This document shows, one piece after another, positions 16,354-24,283 of a stretch of DNA of 32,000 nt. The notes under the pieces were generated by a model that saw only the letters and a program-made list of their open reading frames with translations, did not search any database and had not been told where the DNA came from. Source of the DNA: Candidatus Korarchaeum cryptofilum OPF8 (GTDB taxonomy: Archaea > Korarchaeota > Korarchaeia > Korarchaeales > Korarchaeaceae); the NCBI RefSeq assembly GCF_000019605.1, contig NC_010482.1:90001-122000 (forward strand), read 5' to 3'. How positions within the stretch are numbered: position 1 is the first letter of the stretch; each line of letters opens with the position of its first letter. The position numbers were made by a program, and so were the translations under genes.

Positions 16354-16592
16354 TTGAGGATCTAAGACCAGCTACAAATTCATACTTCCCTTTTCACTTA
16401 GCATAATTATCTCACTAAGATAGAATCGTTTTCTCAAGCCCTGAATATCTACCGAAGGCCCCCGGCAAGTCGAGGTAAGCGTATGAGCTTGCGTTGAATG
16501 AATATGGAAAAAATTCAGAAAAACTTATAAAAATTAGCATTTTTAACATAACATTTATACGGTAATTCCTCTTCCATAGCAAGGGGTTATTT

Positions 16593-18752
16593 ATGAGAGC
16601 TGTAACCCTCGCCCTCATATCCCTCCTCCTCTTAAGCCTCCTCCCCGCCTCAGCCGAGGAGGAGAAAGTCATCGGGAAAATAGATATAGAGTACGCGAAG
16701 TACATCGAGAATAAGTTAACGAGCATCGGATCATACAAAGAGCCTAAATTCTTGGGTTTTAGAGTGGCAGGGACTCCTGAGGACCTAGAAACAGCTAATT
16801 TCATCGCTGAGGAGATGAGGAAGATGGGTTTAGTCAACGTCTCCTTGGAACCCGTCCCATTAGATGCTTGGGAATTCAAGGGGGCTAGATTGGAGCTCAG
16901 CAACGGCAAGGTGATCATAGCCTCCTCCTTCGGGGGCGTCCCGGGGACTGGGAGTGAGGGGATAAGCGGCGAGATCGTGTACGTGGGAGATGGTACTAGA
17001 GGCAATTACGAAGGTTTGAATGTCAGTGGGAAGCTCGTCCTCGCGTACTGGAATCCTGATATCAGCTGGTTCAATATGATAGCTCATGAAGCGATGATCC
17101 ACGGGGCCAAAGGCGTGATCCTCTTCAATCCGCCTAATGGAAGTTACGCTCAGCACCCCAATGCTTTACATTCTTTCGATGGTCTCTACAGCTCGGATTT
17201 CATTCCGATGATAGTCATAAGTAAGGAAGACGCTCAGGAAATAATTGAGATGCTGAAATCAGGTCCTGTAGAGGCTAAGATGGTGAACCTCGCTACTTTG
17301 AAGCGTGGTACTGGATGGAACACTATAGGCTACATCCCCGGGAGGAGGGCTGATGAGTACATACTGATAGCGGCGCATCACGATGCTTGGTTCTATGGAG
17401 CTATGGATGATACTGGTGCTGTGGCTGCGCTTCTAACTTTAGCTAAAGCCATAAAGGAGAGCGGTTACGTCCCGGAGAGGACTTTAGTATTCATGACACA
17501 CACAGCTGAGGAGTACGGGATTGTAGATGCTTATCACGATTGGCTCATAGGTGCTTGGTGGCGTATAACTCAAGCTCATCCCGAGTGGAGGAAAAAGGCA
17601 ATAGCATACATAAATCTCGAGGGGATGGCAATTAAAGGCGTTCCCTTAGGTGTAGATGCCTCCCCAGAGCTCTCCACATTTATCTCGGAGATCCTCGATG
17701 AGAGCAAAGAGCTCCTGCCTTACGGAAGGGGGGAATTGGAAGATGTTTATTGCTGGACCGAAGCATGGCCTTACGCAGCTGCAGGCGTTCCCAGCATAAA
17801 CTTGGATACATTCTCCCCCTGGTTCCGTCAGAACCTATATCATACTCAGTTCGATTCCCCCGAGATAATTGATTGGGATTACTTAGGGAAGATAGTCTCC
17901 CTGACAGCTAAGATCCTCATAAGGCTGGATAAGTCCGAGCTTCTACCCTATGACTTCAGCGCGAGGGCTGCTCACTTGAGGGAGAATTTGAATGAGACTA
18001 GGATGAAGCAACTCGGAGCTGAGCCTGAAGAACTCATGAAGGGAGTTGAGGAACTTGAGAAAGCATTCTCTGAGTTCAAGAACTTGAGTAAGAATGCATC
18101 ATCGGATGTAATAGTGAAAGTGAATTCAAAGCTGAGGGAAGCTGCTTATATCATGCTATCGGAACTTACAGCTCTCGATCCCTGGGATAACACGATATAC
18201 CCGCATCAGCAAGTTGAGTCCGATGCGCTCTTCCTGAGCTCCGCTTTAGATGCTTTGAAGGGAGGCGATGTCAATGAAGCCCTATCGATGATAGAATCCG
18301 TGAGCATAAACTGGTACGATTCGTTCTACAGTTACGAAGTATTCAAGAGGGAGCTCCTGCACAAATCCCCGAATTATGAGAGGATAACTTGGGGAGGCCT
18401 GGGCCATTTAGCGCCACCAATAGACCTCTGGAAGGAGTATAACTCCCTAAGGGAGAAGTCCATGGCCAATATCACGAACTACGATGCTGAAATTAGATCT
18501 ATCGAGAACCACCTGAAGGAGACGAAGGCCCTCTATCAGGAGAGGCTGAGAGATATAGCTAAAGCACTGAGTTCAGCTAGCTCCCTCATAAGGGAGGCGA
18601 ACTCAATCCTCAAATCGACCACGACTCAGAAGACAGAGGTCAGGGAGGAGACCGTAACACCGCAGGAGGCTATCTCACTAATACCAGCTGTACTGATCTC
18701 GATCTTAGTGATCGTAATATTGCTCGTGATCTACTTGAGGAGGCGTAAATAA
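16593..18752 (+). CDS. M28-family metallopeptidase with an inserted PA domain and a C-terminal helical domain (glutamate carboxypeptidase II / transferrin-receptor-like architecture), membrane-anchored at the C-terminus
   Basis: Signal peptide MRAVTLALISLLLLSLLPASA. Zinc-ligand-like motifs AAHHDAW, MDDTGAVAA, AEEYG and YHTQFD. A PA-like insert (KLVLAYWN...GAKGVILFN). A long helical C-terminal region followed by the TM helix LIPAVLISILVIVILLVIYL-RRRK. Confidence 0.8.
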   Translation: MRAVTLALISLLLLSLLPASAEEEKVIGKIDIEYAKYIENKLTSIGSYKEPKFLGFRVAGTPEDLETANFIAEEMRKMGLVNVSLEPVPLDAWEFKGARLELSNGKVIIASSFGGVPGTGSEGISGEIVYVGDGTRGNYEGLNVSGKLVLAYWNPDISWFNMIAHEAMIHGAKGVILFNPPNGSYAQHPNALHSFDGLYSSDFIPMIVISKEDAQEIIEMLKSGPVEAKMVNLATLKRGTGWNTIGYIPGRRADEYILIAAHHDAWFYGAMDDTGAVAALLTLAKAIKESGYVPERTLVFMTHTAEEYGIVDAYHDWLIGAWWRITQAHPEWRKKAIAYINLEGMAIKGVPLGVDASPELSTFISEILDESKELLPYGRGELEDVYCWTEAWPYAAAGVPSINLDTFSPWFRQNLYHTQFDSPEIIDWDYLGKIVSLTAKILIRLDKSELLPYDFSARAAHLRENLNETRMKQLGAEPEELMKGVEELEKAFSEFKNLSKNASSDVIVKVNSKLREAAYIMLSELTALDPWDNTIYPHQQVESDALFLSSALDALKGGDVNEALSMIESVSINWYDSFYSYEVFKRELLHKSPNYERITWGGLGHLAPPIDLWKEYNSLREKSMANITNYDAEIRSIENHLKETKALYQERLRDIAKALSSASSLIREANSILKSTTTQKTEVREETVTPQEAISLIPAVLISILVIVILLVIYLRRRK

Positions 18753-18760
18753 CCTCTTTT

Positions 18761-19609
18761 TTATCTCCTCCAACTCACTATAATTGCGCTCGATATTATT
18801 AGAGCCGACCCTAAGAATCCAAGTAAACCGGGCTGCTCCCCGAGAAAGATACCCAGAATTAACGCAGATATCGGCTCTAAGTTCGATATTATGCTAGCTG
18901 GACCAGCTTCGATCCTCTTGAGCCCCATCGCATGCAAGTAATAAGCTAAGAAGGATGGGAAGATACCCAAATAAACAATTGAGATCATAGAATCGAGATT
19001 GAGGCTTCCTCTGGAGAGAGATAAGAGGGGGAGGAGCTCTAAAGCTGCCCAGACCTGCGGGCCCAGGCCGAGCTCTATCTCATCGTATCCGGAAACGGCA
19101 AGTTTCCGGACACCCAAGATTATGCCCGAGTAGGATAAGCTGCTCCCCAATCCCAGGGCTATCGCAACTAAGTCCAGATTTCCTCCTCCCCTCAATCCCA
19201 CGGCAACTATTCCAGAGAAGGATAAGATGAGGGCTATGAGCTTCCTCGTGTTCAAGCTCTCATTCAGCAAGAATTTCGCGAGTATTATCACTATGACGGG
19301 GGCTGTGTAGAGGAGCACGGCGGCTATCCCCATGCCAGAGTGCATGACGCTGAAGACATATATCAGATAGAGGGGGCCCGTGAAGAAGATGCCTATGAGG
19401 GCCAACTTAAAATCGAGCACCCTCCTCCTCAGGAAAATCAGGGAGAGTACAGCGCTGACTCCAGCCCTCATCCCTCCTATCCAGAAGGCATCCGAGCCTG
19501 CATTCAAGGCGCGCTTAGTCGCTAAACCTATAGTGCTCCAGAGGAATGCCGCTAATAGAAGTGGTATTACGCCGCTCTTGGAACTCACATCTCTCACCTG
19601 GCAATTCAA
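18761..19609 (-). CDS. EamA/DMT-superfamily transporter
   Basis: 282 aa with about 10 predicted hydrophobic helices arranged as two similar halves, typical of EamA-repeat permeases. Confidence 0.8.
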   Translation of the reverse strand: MNCQVRDVSSKSGVIPLLLAAFLWSTIGLATKRALNAGSDAFWIGGMRAGVSAVLSLIFLRRRVLDFKLALIGIFFTGPLYLIYVFSVMHSGMGIAAVLLYTAPVIVIILAKFLLNESLNTRKLIALILSFSGIVAVGLRGGGNLDLVAIALGLGSSLSYSGIILGVRKLAVSGYDEIELGLGPQVWAALELLPLLSLSRGSLNLDSMISIVYLGIFPSFLAYYLHAMGLKRIEAGPASIISNLEPISALILGIFLGEQPGLLGFLGSALIISSAIIVSWRR

Positions 19610-19907
19610 ACTATCGGAGTCAGCTTATGTATTCAGAGATCTTTAAATGTTATCTCGAACCCGATGTGTATTATAATAGTGCTTGGGCTCCGGAGCTGCC
19701 GCCTCTTCTGCGATGAAGATGCGGCTCAGCATTCCATCAGGGGGGTATCGTGATAGCTCCTGGATTCCCTATTCAAGATCTAAAAATTCGCTGGTAAGGG
19801 GGATGGATCAATTATAGTTGATCATCGCTCAGCGCGTTATAAAAACATATCCTTTCTCCGCTATCGATATCCTTATAAAAGATTATTTCCCAGTAAATAG
19901 TAGAGGG

Positions 19908-20732
19908 ATGAAGATGCGTCCATCAGTAGCTGTACTACTTCTCATCTTATTTCCGATCTTACAGCCCCTTGCAGCCCCAATAAAAATAGATGTCCCAATT
20001 TATGTCCCAGCTGAGCTTCCTGTCAGTGGGAGTGTTTGTTTAACATCTCCAATCGCGAGAAATTTGACAGCAAAGCTCTACGTAGATGGATCATTCTTCC
20101 AGGAAGGCGTGGCCGATGAGATGGGCTGCTATAAAGTGACGATAAGACCTTTGAGCCCTGGAGCACATAAGCTCCATGCTGAGATATTCAAGGACGGCGA
20201 TAAAGTAGCGGAGATCGAGGCTAATGTTATAGCCATAAGGGGGATGATAATAGTGAAACCTCAGCCTCTAGCGGAGATAATGAGGGGAGAAACTAAGAAT
20301 GTAACTTTGACCATAGAGAATAGAGCTCCCCTGAACCTAAGCAATGTCGCCCTAGAGATAGAGGCTCCTTTCTCCATATTCGGGGAGAGGATGATGAGGG
20401 TAAGGGAGTTCGCTATCTACGGGAAGATAGGAGATCTTCCTATGAATGGCTCCAAGGATTTGAAGCTAATTTTAGCTGTCCCAGTCAACTTCAGGCCAGG
20501 TAGTTACGATCTCAAGATAAACATGACTTATGAGATCACTTCATCGAAGTACAGCATCCTCCTGAAGGATAATGTTGTGGTACTGAATGAAACATATGTT
20601 AAGCCAACTCAACCTCCTTCCAGTATTGAAAACATATTGAGTCAGATGGCTCTCCCCATTATAGCTGTAATAGTCGTTATAGTAGCCGCGATCCTCCTCT
20701 ACATCTGGAGGAGGGGGAGGGGTAAAGCGTAA
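19908..20732 (+). CDS. Surface protein with a signal peptide, Ig-like and CARDB-like beta-sandwich regions, and a C-terminal TM anchor
   Basis: I place the start at ATG 19908 (MKMRPSVAVLLLILFPILQPLAAP), with a TATA-like cttataaaag (19872-19881) about 30 nt upstream. The track's TTG 19818 start adds a non-signal extension. NVTLTIENRAPLNLSNVALEIEAP is CARDB-like. The C-terminus is LPIIAVIVVIVAAILLYIW-RRGRGKA. Confidence 0.75.
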   Translation: MKMRPSVAVLLLILFPILQPLAAPIKIDVPIYVPAELPVSGSVCLTSPIARNLTAKLYVDGSFFQEGVADEMGCYKVTIRPLSPGAHKLHAEIFKDGDKVAEIEANVIAIRGMIIVKPQPLAEIMRGETKNVTLTIENRAPLNLSNVALEIEAPFSIFGERMMRVREFAIYGKIGDLPMNGSKDLKLILAVPVNFRPGSYDLKINMTYEITSSKYSILLKDNVVVLNETYVKPTQPPSSIENILSQMALPIIAVIVVIVAAILLYIWRRGRGKA

Positions 20733-20764
20733 AAATCTACTCAAGACGTTAGATCGGTGAGCGG

Positions 20765-22111
20765 ATGGAGATAGAGGAGATAGGAGGAGTTAAGGTAGAG
20801 AGGATAGGTGCTCATAGCCACATAAAGGGATTGGGCCTCGATGAGAGGGGGAAGGCTAAGTTCGCTGCAGACGGCCTAGTGGGTCAGCTCAGGGCTAGGG
20901 AGGCCGCTGGACTAGTAGTTAAGATGGCGAAGGAGGGGAGGCTGAGCGGGAAAGCGGTACTATTAGCTGGCCCCCCTGGGACGGGGAAGACAGCTATAGC
21001 TGTCGCTATAGCTAGGGAGTTGGGAGAGGGGGTCCCGTTCATCCAGCTCAGTGGCTCTGAGATATACAGCGCTGAGAGGAAGAAGACTGAAGTGCTCATG
21101 GAGGCGATGAGGAAGGCTATAGGGGTGAAGGTAAGGGAGATGAGGAAAGTATATGAGGGGGAAGTGACTGAGATAGATATAAAGACGGGATCCAGCCCAT
21201 ACAATCCTTTTGTTAAAGTCCCTCAAGAGGCCGTAATAACTCTGAAGACTACTAGCGAGGAGAAGAAGCTTAGAGTTGGCCCTAACGTTGCCAGGCAGCT
21301 CGTGGAGTTCGGGATAAGCGAGGGAGATGTCATAATGATAGATGCGGAGAGCGGGAGGGTATCCAAAATAGGGAGGACTCAGGAATCTTACACATACGAC
21401 CTGGAAGCTGAGCAGATAGTTCCAAGGCCGGATGGGACTGTGCTGAAGGAGAAGGAGTTCGTCTATGTGATGACACTCGATGACCTCGATAATATGTACG
21501 CTAGGAGGAGAGGCGGATTCTTCTCCCTCCTCTTCGGGGTCGGGGAGAGGGAGATAGACCCTGAGGTGAGGGCAGCTGTCGATCAGCAAGTCAAGGAGTG
21601 GGTGGAAGCGGGAAGGGCTGAGATAATCCCGGGTGTTATGTTCATAGACGATGCCCATATGATGGACATAGAGGCTCTAAGCTTCATAAGCAGGGCTATG
21701 GAGAGCGAGCTAGTCCCGATAATAATACTGGCTACGAACAGGGGTATAACGAGGATAAGGGGGACTGAGATAGAGGCCCCGTTCGGGATGCCCTTAGATC
21801 TTTTGGATAGGCTCGTCATAATAGTGACTGATAAATACAATGGGGATGAGATAGAGCATATACTCAGGATAAGAGCGAAGGAGGAGGGGATAGAGGTCAG
21901 CGAGGATGCTCTCAAGTCCCTCAGGAAACTGGGTGAGGAGAGGTCTTTGAGATACGCTGTCCAGATACTCGGTATAGCTGGCGTCAAAGCTAGGTCCGAG
22001 GGGAAGAAGGCAATAGGAATTGAGGACGTTGAGGAAGTCTCATTGAGGTTCAGCGATGTTAAAGAAGCTGTAGATCACCTCAGGAAGTATGAGGAAGAGC
22101 TCCTCAAGTGA
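20765..22111 (+). CDS. TIP49 / RuvB-like (Pontin/Reptin-type) AAA+ ATPase
   Basis: GAHSHIKGLGLDE N-terminal signature, Walker A GPPGTGKTAIA, an insertion of about 150 aa (domain II) before Walker B MFIDDAHMMD, then sensor regions. 448 aa, the size of eukaryotic RuvBL1/2. Confidence 0.88.
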   Translation: MEIEEIGGVKVERIGAHSHIKGLGLDERGKAKFAADGLVGQLRAREAAGLVVKMAKEGRLSGKAVLLAGPPGTGKTAIAVAIARELGEGVPFIQLSGSEIYSAERKKTEVLMEAMRKAIGVKVREMRKVYEGEVTEIDIKTGSSPYNPFVKVPQEAVITLKTTSEEKKLRVGPNVARQLVEFGISEGDVIMIDAESGRVSKIGRTQESYTYDLEAEQIVPRPDGTVLKEKEFVYVMTLDDLDNMYARRRGGFFSLLFGVGEREIDPEVRAAVDQQVKEWVEAGRAEIIPGVMFIDDAHMMDIEALSFISRAMESELVPIIILATNRGITRIRGTEIEAPFGMPLDLLDRLVIIVTDKYNGDEIEHILRIRAKEEGIEVSEDALKSLRKLGEERSLRYAVQILGIAGVKARSEGKKAIGIEDVEEVSLRFSDVKEAVDHLRKYEEELLK

Positions 22112-22191
22112 TTTAACTTGTGCCTAACTTATCAACGACGGGCCCGAGGGGTCCTTTTTATTTGAAGTATCTTGAATCCGGAGGTGAGTTC

Positions 22192-23652
22192 ATGAAGAGA
22201 TACTTGACTCTCCTAATGCTGCTCCTACTCACATTCGCTACTGTAGAGGGGAGCCCGGCTAAGGCGTGGTACGATCCGCTGGAGCTCAGATTCGCACCGC
22301 AAGCTGACGTGAAATCACTGGAAGCTAAACTTGAGGGACAGAGCATGATCTTCCAGGTCAGTACCTATTCAGGCCTTGATGATAGGATAGATTACTACAC
22401 TGGAAGGATATTCTTGGATTTGAAGGAAGGAGGTTCGACTTCAGGGGAGGCGAAAGGCGCGGACTATCAACTAGCGTTCTACATGAGTCCTAAGAACATG
22501 AGCGGGAGCTGCGCCGTCCTCGCATTCAACGACGTCAAGCTGCAATGGGAGGAGACGAAAGCGGCTTCTTGCTCGATAAAGGCATCGGGGGGCAAATTAG
22601 TGATCGATACTGACCTTGGGAAATACGTCAAGGGATCCTTCAGATTCAAAGCTTACTTCGATATCTTGGCTAAGGATATCATAAAGATCTCTTATCTCCT
22701 CTCTAACAGCGGTAGGGCGTCTATAGATGGGGATTACGCGGAGTACAAGATACCCCAGATCTCGGGGCAGCAGGGGAATGCCATAGCTCCCATAGATTAT
22801 AAGGAAGTTTACGTGCTGGATGACCTCTCCAGGGTCTACTTGGCCCTAGTCCCCTCGAGCCAGGATGGTGTCAAATGCGAGTTGGGAGGACCGGGAGCGA
22901 AGCTAACTAGGAACTACTTCGTGGATATAGATGTTGATATGAACGAGACGAACGGAGTTGACCTCACAGGTGGTTACAGCTACGAGTGCACCTTCAATGG
23001 TAGGAAATGGTTCCCCTTCACGGTTTACGCGGGCACTGGCTCTGGGATAATGATAGGCAAGGCTGTGGAATTCGATATAAAACTACTACCGGTTTTAAGT
23101 CAGATCTCCAGTCGAGGAGGGAAGTTCGACATTATAGTTAGGGCATCGATGATATACAGGGATTACGTCCCCGATACCGGATGGTTGCTTTACGATGGTA
23201 TGCCCGATGCTAGTTCCTTCGAGGTGGTAGGTCCCAATACAGACGTGAATATGAACGAGGATCTCTCGATCTTCAAGTCGATCGGTTCTGCATCTGGTAT
23301 CTACAGGATAGCTCTAGGGGGACCTGGGGCTGATCCGTCTTATCAGGGAGATCCTTCCTTCAAGTTCCTTAAGAGGAAGGACGGGCTGTATGGTGGCGTA
23401 GAATTCAACGGGAAGGAGTTCTGGGCTAGTTACGGTCGCATAGATTATGCTGTGATAAAGATATCTAGGATAGGAGAGGGTTACTACTGCTCAGTAGCCG
23501 GGGTCACGAGATATGGGACCAGAGCAGGCCTCATCTGGCTCTCCCAGAACATGGGAATGCTCTCGACAGGGACTTACTTAATAGGGTGGATAGATAATGG
23601 AAACGGCATCGTTGAGATGAGTGAGATAAGCCTCTTGGCCGGGGGCTCTTGA
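22192..23652 (+). CDS. Secreted protein of unknown function (486 aa)
   Basis: GGAGGTGA (22180-22187) precedes ATG 22192. Signal peptide MKRYLTLLMLLLLTFATVEGSPAKA. No TM anchor and no family recognised. The track ORF begins at 22120, but that extension lacks signal-peptide character. Confidence 0.75.
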   Translation: MKRYLTLLMLLLLTFATVEGSPAKAWYDPLELRFAPQADVKSLEAKLEGQSMIFQVSTYSGLDDRIDYYTGRIFLDLKEGGSTSGEAKGADYQLAFYMSPKNMSGSCAVLAFNDVKLQWEETKAASCSIKASGGKLVIDTDLGKYVKGSFRFKAYFDILAKDIIKISYLLSNSGRASIDGDYAEYKIPQISGQQGNAIAPIDYKEVYVLDDLSRVYLALVPSSQDGVKCELGGPGAKLTRNYFVDIDVDMNETNGVDLTGGYSYECTFNGRKWFPFTVYAGTGSGIMIGKAVEFDIKLLPVLSQISSRGGKFDIIVRASMIYRDYVPDTGWLLYDGMPDASSFEVVGPNTDVNMNEDLSIFKSIGSASGIYRIALGGPGADPSYQGDPSFKFLKRKDGLYGGVEFNGKEFWASYGRIDYAVIKISRIGEGYYCSVAGVTRYGTRAGLIWLSQNMGMLSTGTYLIGWIDNGNGIVEMSEISLLAGGS

Positions 23653-23656
23653 GAGC

Positions 23657-24283
23657 TTGAAGGACCCGAGGTTATTAGCGGTCGAGATAGCTGCTGCATA
23701 CCTGAAGGAAGTCCCGGATAAGATGATCAAGGGCTTGGACTTGAGGTATGTTAGCAGTGAGGTCCAGAGGGTAGTTTACAGCTTCTTACCCCTCGAGGAA
23801 CTGGAGGCTAACGGGATGCTCGAAGGGATCGAGAGAATAGGGGAGGATCTGAGGGGAGCATGGCTTCAAGCTAGAGGGTCATGCCGCTCACCTAACGATT
23901 TTCTGAATGCAGCTAGGATTAGATTCGCATCAATAATTTTTTCAGGTCTTAGGAAGAGGATAGGGAGGGAGAAGAGAATTTATAGTGGTACTGATTGCTT
24001 CTGGGGGACGATAGTCAGATCCGAGGGGTTCGATGGTCTTAAAGCATTGCTGATCGATGCTAAAGATAGATACGATATTGTCACGAACTTGGATGTGAGG
24101 GGGAGGGTGGCTTTCGCAATACTACCTCCGAGGAGGTTCGATAAGTTCGTGAGCGAGGGGATGCTGATAGAGGCTGAAGGCCAGGGCAACCCCGGCGAGC
24201 CAGCTAAACCGACTGAGAGGGGCAAGGGGGCGATAGAATCCGTCCTAAGGGAGGAAGCTGGAAAACTGAACATAAAGCTATGA
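23657..24283 (+). CDS. Hypothetical cytoplasmic protein (208 aa)
   Basis: The ORF begins 4 nt after the preceding stop (TTG start), which suggests translational coupling or an operon with 22192-23652. No recognisable motif. The start codon is uncertain. Confidence 0.55.
   Translation: MKDPRLLAVEIAAAYLKEVPDKMIKGLDLRYVSSEVQRVVYSFLPLEELEANGMLEGIERIGEDLRGAWLQARGSCRSPNDFLNAARIRFASIIFSGLRKRIGREKRIYSGTDCFWGTIVRSEGFDGLKALLIDAKDRYDIVTNLDVRGRVAFAILPPRRFDKFVSEGMLIEAEGQGNPGEPAKPTERGKGAIESVLREEAGKLNIKL

Larger units (their letters stand above)
9444..16370. repeat. Tandem triplication of a 2.2-2.4 kb cassette (units at about 9444-11810, 11873-14100 and 14105-16370). Each unit is a divergent gene pair plus its promoter and 3' flanks
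   Basis: There are three paralogous minus-strand genes (289/291/292 aa) and three paralogous plus-strand genes (430/398/about 401 aa) in the same arrangement. Nucleotide-level similarity extends into the promoters and 3' flanks, for example cactacaTTGTTTAAAtAAAAACTA at 9485 against cactactTTGTTTAAAAAAACACTA at 14140, and cttaagagcgatt at 9444 against ttcaagagcgatt at 11874. Confidence 0.9.

Noticed and set aside
9444-16370. Diversity-generating retroelement or other templated hypermutation as the source of the variable patches
   Set aside because: There is no reverse transcriptase gene and no template-repeat/variable-repeat pair with adenine-specific differences. The variation includes indels and is better explained by paralog divergence plus gene conversion.
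16415-17156. Minus-strand ORFs of 196 and 98 aa overlapping the 5' part of the M28 peptidase gene
   Set aside because: They are antisense to a well-supported gene, have Ser/Pro/Leu-rich composition and lack a promoter or family signature. The first would also run across the peptidase promoter.
20884-21987. Three long minus-strand ORFs (106, 231 and 134 aa) inside the TIP49 gene
   Set aside because: They are antisense shadows of a purine-rich coding strand. Their translations are low-complexity (Ser/Leu/Pro/Ile-rich) with no motifs, whereas the plus-strand frame has unmistakable TIP49/AAA+ signatures.
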